This document shows positions 40,187 through 53,057 of a DNA stretch of 64,000 nucleotides, piece after piece. The notes under the pieces were generated by a model. That model searched no databases. It was not told where the DNA came from and was given only the letters and a program-made list of their open reading frames with translations. This DNA is from Octopus vulgaris (taxonomy: Eukaryota): assembly GCA_951406725.2 (NCBI GenBank), contig OX597822.1, positions 88,908,001 to 88,972,000 on the forward strand, in the 5' to 3' direction. The position numbers and the translations under genes were made by a program. The first letter of the stretch is position 1. The number at the start of each line of letters is the position of its first letter.

Positions 40187-40750
40187 CTAGATATATTTCC
40201 TAATTAGTATCGGGGATGTTTCATTTATGAGGACGTACACCTGTATTTGTCTGAGTGTTGGGTCCTTTGGGTACTTGGATATAATGTGGCTCTCAGGTTG
40301 ACCCAGGTTGTCTCCATGTTCGTAGAGTATGGAGGACTGTTTTTTGTTGTCATATTGTCTCAAATGTCCATTTAGTCTTTCTGCAATGCTCCTAGATGTC
40401 TCCCCTATGCATCTTATGCTGTAGACTACATTTCTAGTTCTACAGATAATACCAGGGCTAATCCTACATACCATGCAGTTATCATTGGTGCATATGGTAT
40501 TCTCAAAGGGGTACATCCTACATAGTTGTGATTGGATGGAGTTCCCTGGCTTTTCAACAATCTTAATGTTGAGTTTGGTCTCCTTCAGAGCTTTCCTAAA
40601 TCTACAGGCTAGTTCTCCATGGGCTATGGCCTCTACAAACATCATTCCTTAATATTTGTCTGTTTTATACCACATGTTCACACTGCTTTGGCACAAGCTC
40701 TTTGTATCCTATTATAGTCTTTGCTTCTATATCTGGAGCAGGTGCTACCG
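40187..40750 (-). mobile_element. Penelope-like element fragment (GIY-YIG endonuclease)
   Basis: NIKIVEKPG...C..C..C...CRTRNVVYSIRC IGETSRSIAERLNGH, typical of the PLE linker and GIY-YIG domain. Confidence 0.8.
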
Positions 40751-40766
40751 GTTTCATTACATATAA

Positions 40767-40944
40767 TACTATTTTGCGTTTGTACTGGTTTTAGCTTTAA
40801 GGTTTTAGGGTTAGGGTTAGGGTTTTATGGTTAGGGTTAGGGTTTTATGGTTAGGGTTAGAGTTACGGAAAAAAAAATGAAAAATGAAGAAATTGGAGGG
40901 GGAGGAGTGGCGGTGGGGGCAAAAAAGTCTTTCCGAAAATAGTA
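40767..40944. mobile_element. Mini-element with short TIRs containing interstitial (TTAGGG)n
   Basis: TACTATTTTGCG ... CGAAAATAGTA inverted ends; six perfect TTAGGG hexamers at 40805-40856. Confidence 0.6.
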
Positions 40945-41689
40945 GCTGCAAAACAGGAAAAAAAAAGACTAAAAGCAGTAGAATTGCACGAACGATAATG
41001 GTGGTGCCATGAAGTAAACATGCTTCAGATACACTCGTTTATTCATACAAACATAACTGAGATTAAATATGTCATAAATAACAGTGACAAACGAAATATA
41101 CACCACCGGAAGTTGTTGTTGACAAACAATAGCAATAATTTTATTCAGCTGAATACACGTCGTTGATTGGTTGAAATTACCGAAATACAACATCTTTAAC
41201 ACGAAATCACTTTGAAAATAGAAACTTTTCTCAACAACTCTAAGAGTAAAAGATGTTTTATATGACACATTCTACCAGTGTCCGAAGTTTGAAAGTGTTG
41301 TGTTACCAAAAATTAATTTCTCGATCTGCCATTGAATGGATGAAGATCCAAACTTTCTAATACATGACCAACCTGAAAATCATTTGTGCAGTGAAATGAA
41401 GTTACTATGAACTGTTCGCAAGGTGTTACATCATTTACACTCAGCCTTACCCATAATCCCATTTGCGATAAAGTAGAGTGGTCTTTTATAACCAGAACCA
41501 TCACGTTTGAAATAGTTTCTTGGTAAATGAATTTTGTTTAACACATATACTACTAATACTGCTATAAGGATAACGTGATCATAGTTTACGGTACACGTTT
41601 TATTGGCATAAAATTTTAACTAAGAGGTGAAATGCTGAGAAGGAAAACAAAATTTTATTAAGTGTCGAAATGAAATTTGCTTCTACGTA

Positions 41690-42226
41690 TGTCCTTCCGT
41701 AGTGCAGGTTCTAAATCGTCTGCTTTAATGTAACCGCCATTTTGTATTGCGTGTTGTAAAGAAATAAAGAGAAAATAGGAGAGGGGGATAATAAATTGTA
41801 GAAGAAATAAAGAAGGGTATTAGAAGAGAGAAAGAGAGAGAGAAAGAAAGAAAGAAAAGCTAAAGTACAAGTGAAATAGAAAGATGAGAATCTCGAATTA
41901 ACAACGCCCCCACCCCATATAGAATATAAACCGAGAGGTAAAGAGCGGAGAAAGAGAGGCAAGAAATTAAACGTTAAACGAGTGTTGGGAAAGGAAACGT
42001 GATCGTCAAATAGAAATATATTAAGAGAAAGAGAAAAGGGAGGGAATATTCTCATCGCTAATCAACATCGTAGATAACAACAATAGTGTCATTCATTCAC
42101 TATTACTACTATCATTTCTTATTCAATTTGACATACTACTACTACTACTACGTCTGCTACTCGTACCCCCCCCCACCACCACTATTATAGGTTGATGTTA
42201 AACTGTTGACGTGAAGGTTCTACAAG
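41690..42226 (+). promoter_or_regulatory. Putative promoter and non-coding first exon of an unidentified gene
   Basis: ETS-like CTTCCG (~41694), YY1 motif CCGCCATTTTG (41734-41744), CpG retention, purine-rich leader and strong donor AAG|GTAAGC at 42227. Confidence 0.45.
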
Positions 42227-42396
42227 GTAAGCATTGCTCTTGTCTAATTCTGGTCTTGGTTGTTAAATCTTCAGGTCATCCCTCATCAAGCAGACCGACT
42301 GTCAAGAGATAAAGGCTTTTTTTTTTTTTCTTTAATGGGAGATTGAGTATCTAGCAAATACAGCCGTGTGATGAAGAGAAATTTTGCTACTATCTC

Positions 42397-42731
42397 TAAC
42401 CATTTCGTACGACACCATAGAGATTGTTTAATTCTCGTTTCAACAATATGTTGCACTTGATGTCATAGCTTTTACGAAGAAAAAGTAAAATGCTAACAAG
42501 TCAAATATATTCAGACAGATATTTTGAATGATGTCTTCTGTCTCATGTTCAATTTTGCGTGGGAGTTGCAAGCTCCGATTAGATACATTTTGTTGTAATG
42601 TGCATTATTAATATAACCATTTACTCTATTTAAACATCGTTTCCGTCTGTTTCTCGCCGTTTCTTTTCTTCATTTATCTGTCTCTTCTCCTCCTCTCTGT
42701 CTCACACACATTTATATACATATCTATCTAC

Positions 42732-42797
<66 letters not shown>

Positions 42798-43055
42798 GTA
42801 CTTATCTGTCTGTCTCTATCTACCTATCTGTCTCTCTGTGTATGTATGTATACATGTAATGTATGTATGTATGTAATGTATGTATGTATCTATCTGTCTG
42901 TCTGTCATTACATATAGGCCTGCAATTTATGATCAATCAATTGGTCTCACTTCCTCTTTTCCTCTCTTTTGTGTTTTCTACATTCATATAATTTGTTGCT
43001 CCTTTCTCTTTTTCTATTAAGAAACCTCTCGTCTCTCTCTCTCTCCCTCTCTCTA
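42397..43055 (+). repeat. Direct duplication, copy 2
   Basis: Matches 38573-39200 apart from a small indel and microsatellite length changes. Confidence 0.92.
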
Positions 43056-43381
43056 TATACATATATATAACATATATATGTAATATATATATAGCATATA
43101 TAATATATATATAATGTAAATATATTTATATATACATTATATATATGCCATAATGTATATATAATGTAATGTATATATTATATATATATATATATATAAT
43201 GTATATATAATGTAATGTATATATTATATATATATATATAATGTATATATAATGTAATGTATATATATATATATATAATAATGGGGTCGATTTGCTCGTC
43301 TAAAGGCGGTGCTCCAGCATGGCCGCAAGTCACATGATTGAAACAAATAAAAGAATAAAATATGATATATCTAATAAATAT

Positions 43382-43429
<48 letters not shown>

Positions 43430-43497
43430 GATATTATATATAAGTTCAGCAACATTTAGATTAAAATGTATAATGTATAATATATATATAATTTATG

Positions 43498-43529
<32 letters not shown>

Positions 43530-43538
43530 GTATGTATA

Positions 43539-43580
<42 letters not shown>

Positions 43581-43593
43581 CATACATACAGTA

Positions 43594-43985
43594 TACTCTT
43601 TTACTTGTTTCAGTCATGTGACTGTGGCCATGCTGGAACACCACCTATAGTCGAGCAAATCGACCCCAGGACTTATTCTTTGTAAGCCTAGTACTTGTTC
43701 TATCGATATCTTTTGCCAGACCGCTCAGTGACGGGGACGTAAACACAACAGCATCGGTTGTCAAGCGATGTTTTGGGGACAAACAGATACACATACATGC
43801 ATATATATATATATACACACATATAAACGATGGGCTTCTTTCAGTTTCCGTCTACCAAATCCACTCACAAGGCTTTGGTCAGCCCGAGGCTATAGTAGAA
43901 GACATGGGCCCAAGGTGGCACGTAATGGGACTGAACCTGGAACTATGTGGTTGGTAAGCAAGCAGCTTACCACACATCACTCCTA
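43594..43985 (-). mobile_element. Full-length tRNA-derived SINE (14104 family)
   Basis: Reverse complement of 14104-14262 plus 14820-15004; a further partial copy lies at 56075-56345. Confidence 0.85.
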
Positions 43986-44088
43986 TATATATATATACAC
44001 TATAATATACTATATTATATATACTATAATATAGTATATATAGATATATATAATATATATATACATTATATATAATATATATATATAC

Positions 44089-44129
<41 letters not shown>

Positions 44130-44134
<5 letters not shown>

Positions 44135-44333
44135 ATCCAAACAAGAAAACACAAAAAAAACACAGCAACACGAGGACGTGGAACAAATAAAGTATTACTG
44201 GACACTCAGGAAAGAAGGGAAGGAGGGCTTAACGTTTCGAGCGGAGCTCTTCGTCGGAAACAAAGGAGAAGGAAAGATCCTGAGAAGGGAAGACAGAGGA
44301 AAAAAATTGCTGGCGGTGCTCACGAGGTCACAT
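44130..44333 (-). mobile_element. Short repeat carrying a minimal hammerhead-ribozyme-like motif (PLE-derived?)
   Basis: Minus strand GTTT-CCGACGA-A-GAGC-TCC-GCTC-GAAA-CG-TT-AAGC at 44227-44261; related sequence at 56600-57050. Confidence 0.55.
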
Positions 44334-44448
44334 ATGTATATAATATATATATATATATGTATATAATATATATATATATGTATATAATATATATATATGT
44401 ATATAATATATATATATATATATGTATATAATATATATATATATATAT

Positions 44449-44795
44449 CATCATCATCATCATCACCGTTTAACGTCCGTTGTCCATGCTAGCATGGGTT
44501 GGACGGTTCGACCGGGGATCTGGGAAGCCAGAAGGCTGCACCAGACTCCAGTCTTATCTGGCAGTGTTTCTACAGCTGGATGCCCTTCCTAACGCCAACC
44601 ACTCTGTGAGTGTAGTGGGTGCTTTTTACGTGCCACCAGCACAGGTGCCAGGCGAGGCTGGCAACGGCCACGGTCGGATTGGTGTATTTTATGTGCCACC
44701 GGCACGGAAGCCAGACGAGGCGGAGCTGGCATCGGCCACGAGTCGGATAGTGCTTTTTACGTACCACCAGACCAGGGATCCTGGCTGGTTCAATT
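44449..44795 (-). mobile_element. RTE-tail SINE-like element
   Basis: Same family as 16493 and 29073. Confidence 0.85.
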
Positions 44796-44809
44796 CGATA
44801 TATGTATAT

Positions 44810-44854
<45 letters not shown>

Positions 44855-44985
44855 TTATATAATATAATATATATTTATATAATATAATATAATATATATA
44901 TAAAATATATATATATATAAAATATATATCTATATATGATCTATATATAATCTATATTATATATATGATCTATATATAATCTATA

Positions 44986-45369
44986 TCTCTCCCTATATAA
45001 ACGGCAGTTTGTCTGTGCGTGTTTCTGTGTGTCTGTTTGCTTGTACCCTCACCCTGACCACGGCTTTCAACCGATTCTGATGAAACTTGACACACACATA
45101 GCCCAATGTCATAATTCAAAACTAACGCAGCGAAAATTTTGAAAAGTTCCCCAGTTCTGAAAAAAATCGATAAATTCGACATGGGGTCGAGAATCAGAAA
45201 CACAAACCAAAAACTGTCTAGGGGACGCAACTCCACTTTTTTTAAATCTTAAAAAAAAATTTACCATCATTTCTTTCCATTTTTTTGCTATTTTTTGACT
45301 ATAAATCTCTAAAAATGCTTTATAGTTATTTCCCTTACAAACCTGAGCAACGCCGGGCGATACTGCTAG
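44986..45369 (+). mobile_element. Non-autonomous Helitron (384 bp)
   Basis: A|TC start, subterminal hairpin-like CCTGAGCAACGCCGGG and CTAG|T end; the 5' ~220 bp is nearly identical to 61961-62164. Confidence 0.9.
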
Positions 45370-45643
45370 TTATATATAATCTCTATATAATATATATATA
45401 TATAATCTATATTATATATATATAATCTATATTATATATATATAATCTCTATATATAATATATATAATCTATATTATATATATATATATATATAATATAT
45501 ATATATAATCTATATATAGTATATATAATCTATATATAATATATATATATATATAATCTATATATATATAATCTGGCACATATTATATATATATTATATA
45601 TAGATTACATATATTATATATAGATTAGTATGTATATATATAT

Positions 45644-45714
<71 letters not shown>

Positions 45715-45919
45715 AGATTATATATATTATTAAACAGCCGAAATTTGCCATGATGAATCGGTTTCTGACTGAAGAATGAAGGCTCTGAATTACTGTCCAT
45801 TTTTCCGTGTTTGTCAATTCGTGAATTTCACGTTCTTTATATATAAGTTTTATTCTATATATATATGTATATATATATATATATATATTATATCCAGATT
45901 ATATATATGTATGTATATA

Positions 45920-45965
<46 letters not shown>

Positions 45966-46224
45966 TATATACATACATATATATAATCTGGATATATAAT
46001 ATATATATATATATATATACACATATATAGAAATTCGGGGTGAGTACTTGATAATTATAAGCACCTGTGTATACCGTTTGGTGGTGTAGGTGGTGGAGTC
46101 TAATAAAGGCCCGAAACATATGTACCGCTGAATCCTTCGCATCATGTTTTTATACACATATATATATATATATACATACATATATGTAATCTATATATAA
46201 TATATATTATATATATATAATATG

Positions 46225-47045
46225 TGCCAGTGGCATGTGTAAAAAGATTCGAGCGAGGTCATTGCCAGTACCATCTGACTGGCTCCCGTGCCAGTGGCAT
46301 GTAAAAAGCACCCACTACACTCTCGGAATGGTTGGCATTAGGAAGGGTATCTAGCTGTAGAAACTCTGCCAGATCAAGATTGGAGCTTGGTGCATCCATC
46401 TGGCTTGCCAGCCCTCAGTCAAAATCGTCCAACCCATGCTAGCATGGAAAGCGGACGTTAATATATATATACATATATGTATATAATATATATGTATATA
46501 TAATATATATGTATATATAATATATTTGTATATATGTATATAATATATATGTATATAATATGTATGTATATAATATGTATGTATATAATATGTATGTATA
46601 TAATATGTATGTATATAATATGTATGTATATAATATGTATGTATATATAATGTATGTATATATAATGTATGTATATATAATGTATGTATATATAATATAT
46701 GTATATATAATATATATGGCCTCGTGCCGGTGGCACGTAAAAAGCACCATCCGTTCGTGTCCGTTGCCAGCCTCGTCTGGCCCCCATGCCGGTGGCACAT
46801 AAAAAGCACCATCCGTTCGTGGCCATTTGCCAGCTCTGTCTGGCACCTGTGTGGGTGGCACGTAAAAAGCACCCACTACACTCACGGAGTGGTTGGCGTT
46901 AGGAAGGGCATCCAGCCGTTGAAACACTGCCAGATCTGACTGAGGGCCTGATGAAGCCTTCTGGCTTCACAGACCCCAGTTGAACTGTCCAACCCATGCT
47001 AGCATGGAAAACGGACGCTAAACGATGATGATGATGATGATGATA
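46225..47045 (+). mobile_element. Two RTE-tail SINE-like copies (46225-46461, 46718-47045) separated by an AT-rich microsatellite
   Basis: ...AGGAAGGGCATCCAGC...CCAACCCATGCTAGCATGGAAA..GGACG.TAA in both copies, with a (GAT)n tail on the second; opposite orientation to 44449. Confidence 0.85.
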
Positions 47046-47061
47046 ATATATATATGTGTGT

Positions 47062-47374
47062 GGAGGCGCAATGGCCCAGTGGTTAGGGCAGCGGCCTCGC
47101 GGTCATAGGATCGCGATTTCGATTCCCAGATGGGACGTTGTGAGTGTTTATTGAGCGAAAACACCTAAAAAGCTCCAGGAGGCTCTGGCAGGTGGTGGTG
47201 ATCCCTGCTGTACTCTTTCACCACACTTTCTCCCATTCTTTCTTCTGTTGGCCTGCTCACTTAGCCAGTGGAGTGGCATCATTCAAGTCATTCGAAGGCT
47301 AAAACAATGCGAACATCTTGTGACCAGCGATGTTGTAACATCTGATGGTCTGGTCGGTCATGTGATCACCTGAT
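47062..47374 (+). mobile_element. tRNA(Arg)-like SINE
   Basis: A-box TGGCCCAGTGG, TCG in the anticodon position, B-box-like GATTTCGATTCC, ~240-bp unrelated body and tail TGATCACCTGAT. Confidence 0.75.
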
Positions 47375-47643
47375 ATATATATATATATCACCTGATATAT
47401 ATATATATATCACCTGATATATATATCACCTGATATATATATCACCTGATATATATATATATATCACCTGGTATATATATATATCACCTGATATATATAG
47501 AATTCGGAACGTTAAGAAATGCCGCTAAACATTTTGCCCGGCGTGCTAACGTTTATTAGAAGGCAGTGAGTCAGCAGAATTGGTAGTGATATATATATAT
47601 ATATATCAGGTGATCACATGACCGCCTAGACCATCAGATGTTG

Positions 47644-47675
<32 letters not shown>

Positions 47676-48195
47676 CAAAATGGGACAAGTATGCAAAACA
47701 TTCAGACAGGTGTGTCAGTTTTTCTCGCCCCTCATTTCTTTTACCTCTACTGCTCTCTCTTCTGTTCCCATGTGACTGATGTTTGGTGAAGCCTAACTTT
47801 TCTTTCTTGGATCAGCCGCTGTCCATGCAACATCTGTATTCTTTCCTGTGCCTGTGAAATCTTGTATCCCTGCCGTAAGGCTTTACTTCCACACACACCA
47901 GCTTAATTTAATGTGTCCTTAGTGGAAAGACACCTGTTGTCGTGTCCTGTTATTTGTATTTGTGTAACTTTCTCTGTTTTCCAGTCTATCTTTGACTAAT
48001 AATGCTGTAGTTTTTTAATTGAGAATTGATTTTGTATTAAGTTCAGATGATCAACTGTAGTTACTGAATAAATTATTAAGATGAGAGTTCCCTTATCAGC
48101 TGTGGAAATCAAAATGACTTCTATGTAAAAATGATGATTTAACAACTTGACATTTCTTTTCAACATGGTTTTATCTTTTTGAAGTGCCTATATGT

Positions 48196-48254
<59 letters not shown>

Positions 48255-49214
48255 TTACTTGTGAAGACTGACCCTATGAACCGGCCTTCACCAGTAATTA
48301 ATATAGACTGCTCTACCTCTTAGAGTATGCTTCTTCTGCAGATTTATGTTTTTCTAAAAAAAAAACGTTTTATATATATATATGTATGTATATATACATC
48401 CATTGTAGCCTATATAATGCTTGTCTATTCAATTTAAAAAGTGCATGTGCTGTCGTCACTTTCAGATTGTGTTCTGTATCAGTGCATTCGTTTATGCAAT
48501 GAAACATTTGTAATTATATTATCAGAAATTGAATGAGCAGTATGATTAATTTATGTGTATTGAAAATTTAGATAATCTAATAATTACATATATAACGTAA
48601 TATGTATATGATGCATATATAATACAAAACCACACTAAAATCCAAATCCAAAACTGAAGAAAAACACAAGCATGATCGAAGAGAGAAAAAAAAAATAATG
48701 TGGAAAGAGAAAAACAAAGAAAGAAAAAACGATTAATATTCTCTCATGTGTTACATCTGGGCGGATTATTCAGTTTATATTTAAACAATATTTTGTTTTT
48801 AGTTGTGAACTACTAAGCAATTGCCATCCAGAATTACAATGTCACCTATCACAACTGAAATAATTAGAGCATGTCGAACCAATAGAGGAGTCTCTATGTC
48901 ATCACTCGAACTGCTAGAAATAGCAGCCTAATCTTCTTCAACTCACATCCTACTGCTTTATAAAAGGACACCTTAGATTATGCAATCCTGGTTTACTTAC
49001 TCATAGGAAAATGACAGGTTAGGTCGGTCACTACTGGAATGCTTTTGATTATAGGTTTGCTTGATCAGGGCTAACCAAAAGCTAAACAAAAATAGGTGCA
49101 TGTCTTAATATTTAGCTAATAAATCTTGATATCTTTGTTGGTATTTTATTTCTCAAATTGAATATCATCATCATCAGCATCATTTTAACATCCACTTTTC
49201 CATGCTTGTATGAG

Positions 49215-49890
49215 CCAGACTACTTTTCAATCAACTCTGGTGTTCCTCAGAGTTCAAGATTTGCGCAACTCTCTTCCTTCTATACATCAATGACCTATTT
49301 GCTACCACATCCAACAACTCCCATTATTATACAGATGACACAAGCTTTCACTCCTCAGTTTTGCCTAGCTATACATCCTCTAACTCAGATACCACATGCC
49401 AAACCTGTACCTATTCCATAAACAGAGATCTTGAGAGACTTTATCAGTGAGGCCATTCTAACCTTGTTTCAGTTAAGTTAACAGCAAAAACATTCAAGTA
49501 CTGCTTATATCAAGGAAATTCCACTGCACTACAACCCCTCTAAACATCATGATTGACAGTCACTGAAGGAAGTGAGAAAAATCGAGGCATGGAGAATATG
49601 ATGCCATCAAATGGAAGAGATATGTTAGAGGTGAGAGCAATAAAATGATGGTTGGGTCAGAGGAGTTTTCTTTCCTTGGAATGTGACATAGTGAAGCATG
49701 CTTCCAAATGACAGTATATCTCTGGATTGAATTAAAAGTTAAAGAATTTGGTAACTGTAGGAGCAAGTTTTGAGGACATAATGCTTGAGCGTAAGGGAAA
49801 ATACATCATCAAGGTCAGTGGCTTTGTTTATTTGAAGCAACAGGAAGTATTTCTGCAACTGGCTTATGTGTATGCAGAGTGGAGAGCTTA
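49215..49890. mobile_element. CR1/L2/Jockey-group LINE RT fragments in opposite orientations
   Basis: Plus strand SINSGVPQ...LYINDL...YTDD (49215-49560); minus strand WKHASLCHIPRKENSSDP (49560-49890). Confidence 0.65.
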
Positions 49891-51754
49891 ATGGAATGGA
49901 ATCACCATCATCTCACACACACCAGCAGTACACACACACACCAGCAGTACACACACACACACCACCACCACCAACATCATCATCATCAGGATGTGAATAA
50001 AAATGTTTTATTTGAAGCTCAAACATTCTAACCTTGCCGTGTTTATATATAAAAAGGGTTGGAGGGCAGGGTGCCAAATCTTTAACTTTAGTGAGAAAAT
50101 TTCTGGTCTTGATCTAAAATTCTGTGGATGTTCCTGCCAATTCAGAATCAAAAAGGAGAGCCTTCTAATGCATTTGTTTCACTCATTTTTCACTTGCTCA
50201 ATATCCTTGTGTAGTACTTGCTTGAAGATTATGGCAATGTTCTTTATAGAGCAGTCATTATCATTGTCATTTAACATCCACTTTTCAATGCTTGCATGGG
50301 TCAGATGGAATTTAATGAGGCAGCTTTTCTATAGCCAGATGCCTTTCCTGTTGCCAATCAATATCCGTTTTTCAAGCAAGGTAATATTTCTCTGTGATCA
50401 GATATTTTTGACAGAAGACTGAAAATGAATAACATGTATGACAGTGATACTGTTTATAATCATCACATTATGTTAAATGTCAAAACAAAAGTTTACACAC
50501 TCCTTATATACACATATGCATCTTTATAAAGATGGGCTTTTTCCAGTTTCTGCCTACCAAATTCAGTCAAGTAGTGGGACTGAACCTGAGATTACATGGT
50601 TTGGCCTCAAACTTCTCAACCATACATCCATGATAGTACTATATAACTTGATTCTGAAAAGTGTTCAACTCTCAGTGTTTATAAAATAAGTACTTGTCAT
50701 GACCTGGGGCAGATAGGATCATCTATGGTATTACCTGGCTTACTAGAAATAGGAGCAAAATCTCCCTCAAGTTACACTCATCACCATCATCATTTTTACC
50801 TCCATGTTTCCTTGTGTGCATTTTATTGATAGGTTCTCTCCAACATAACACCCTGCCACTTGTTGCATTCCTTTATGAGGTTCAGCATCATGAAATCAGC
50901 TTTCACCATTTCTGTCTATATCTTTCTACTGTTTGCTTTTACATGGATCTTCTGGAACTTCTTTATCCAACTGCCTTTATCTGTGTGTATTACCTGTCCA
51001 TATCAATGCAGCTATCTCTGTTGTGTCCTACATTTGATGCCCAAGAGAAGAAGGGTAGAATAGTCATGCTAGGAATGTCTTTGATTACAGTTCTATCCAA
51101 AGACTAAACAACAACTAGTGTGGCTGGCAGAAAAATCTGCTTGTGTTTTGTAGTAATGCCACTATTATAACATGAGCCAATAAGACAGAGTCTCTTTGTT
51201 TTGTAGTACCACCATTATGAAGCTTGTAATCTTAGATAGTGTATCTGAATATAAAGTAGGCGGTCATGGTTGGAATGTCATTGATTATTAAGTTGCTCAA
51301 TCAAAGCTGACATGCAGGCTAAGCAATAACTGGCAGTAGTCATTCTTGCTTTTCAAAGCCCTTGAAACAATATCAGTTCAACTCAATCAAATATCATTAG
51401 CTATACAGTGAGTCTGCGAGAGTTGGAAATGGCACTATCCTGGAGTGCAGATTTAGAGCTAAATGAACAAGGTATAATAACAGATAAGTTTTGAATTGTT
51501 AACATCGCAATTGGTAGCTTAATATCTTATCTATTCTGCCAGCTGTAACTTTTGTAGTGTCCTTTACAATAAGTTCTAGGGGTTTGCAGCTGTTGTGTTT
51601 ACAACTGTTCAAGTTTCAGTGTTATAAATTACTGGTCTAGGTGTATTAAAGCATTTATTAACTTTGTTATCATCATTGACGTATGACGATATGAGAGAGA
51701 GAGAGAAAACAAAATTGTTTTCTGTCTCGTGTTGCAGTATTCTTTATTGCTACA

Positions 51755-52230
51755 TGAGCAAAGGAGATGCTTTAGGGAGGAGCAACAACTGCAGAGGAGT
51801 GAAATTGATGCAGCAAGTAATGAAAGTTATTGAAAATTAACCTCTATAAGATGCAGGATGCCTTTGTCTTAGGAAAGATGCCACTGATGACATTTTTCTT
51901 ATGAGAAAACTGCAGGGGTACTGATTAAGAAATAAGTCACTATATCTAGTATTCCTTGACATTGAAAAGGTATTTGATGGAGTTCCACAGTCTGTAATCT
52001 AGTAGTTGCTAAGAGAACTTAATGTAGGTGAATGGCTTGTGATGGCTGTACAAACCATGTACAAAGGTGCAGTCAATAAAGTGGGAATTAAGTGAATTTG
52101 ATGATGAAGTTAGTTTGCAAACCAGGGTCTGTAAGTACTCAATTCTCAGTCTTTTTATGACTATTATAGTCCTCTAAGTCATAACAACGGGGCTTAAGAC
52201 CAATTGTCCATGGAAAGTTTTGTATGATTC
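51755..52230 (+). mobile_element. Degenerate RTE RT fragment
   Basis: KGDAL...CRGVKLMQQVMKVIE...DIFLMRKLQ...LYLVFLDIEKVFDGVP. Confidence 0.7.
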
Positions 52231-52339
52231 TTATAACTTAATCTGTAGTATATCTAGGTTTATACAGGAATAATGGCCTTATTGTCACCTGCAGTAGACT
52301 TGAGTTTAATGACCTTAGGTAGAATCTTATTATATTCCT

Positions 52340-52580
52340 TTAGTTGACATGAACCATAGCAATGTTTACTTCTTAGATATCAATTTAAATTTGCACTCTA
52401 ACACCTTTAAGCCTTATCATAAGCCTAATGAAATGCTATTCTGTATCAATAAGGGTTCCAATCACTTGCCCTGTAGTTTTAAGAACATGGTTTGTAATAT
52501 AGTTAGGCAAGTTTTCTCCTTGTTATTGGATGAGGCAACTTTTAATAGTGCATTCTTATAATACAATGATGCACTAAATC
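52340..52580 (+). mobile_element. Penelope-like RT C-terminal fragment
   Basis: VYFLDINLNL...KPYHKPNE...INKGSNH. Confidence 0.7.
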
Positions 52581-53057
52581 GGTGGTTCCCAACCTTTTCA
52601 CAATGTTTCCCATATGATAGAAGACCTAAATGTAATTACAAAGGCCCTAGATGCTGCCCTTTAAATGGGAATTTCCTGATTAAAGAGAATTGTATATAAG
52701 GCTAAGGTAGAGGTTGATAATACCCATATATACAAAACTTACACTGGAAATACAGAAAACAGCTTCTAAACGAAACTTTATTTACACAATTTTTTCAAAT
52801 ACCCAGAGAACAAGTCATCAACAAGTTATTGGTTTATCCCCCTTCGAGATACCATGGTCTGTATTGGAGACCATTAGCCTATACAGGCATGGATCATGTT
52901 CTCAAATTTTATGTGATGTCTGTTGTGCTTGAGTGAAAAGTACTTACAAGATAAATCTGCATTGAACTAAAAATCTGAGCTTTTGAGTATTTGTAGACAT
53001 TATTTGAAATTCTATATTTCTAGACCATTTCCACCAAATGGCTAGGTTTACAGCTTA

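Noticed and set aside
46080-46130. Hammerhead-like GGCCC-GAAAC-ATAT-GTA-CCGC
   Set aside because: The 3' half fits, but no CTGANGA box is present upstream; too degenerate to call. Likewise the isolated CTGAAGA at ~61305.
47062-47140. tRNA-Arg gene
   Set aside because: The acceptor stem does not close and the sequence continues into a SINE body.
49215-49890. Twin-priming inversion of a single LINE
   Set aside because: The fragments are convergent, not in the arrangement twin priming produces, and no TSD is visible.
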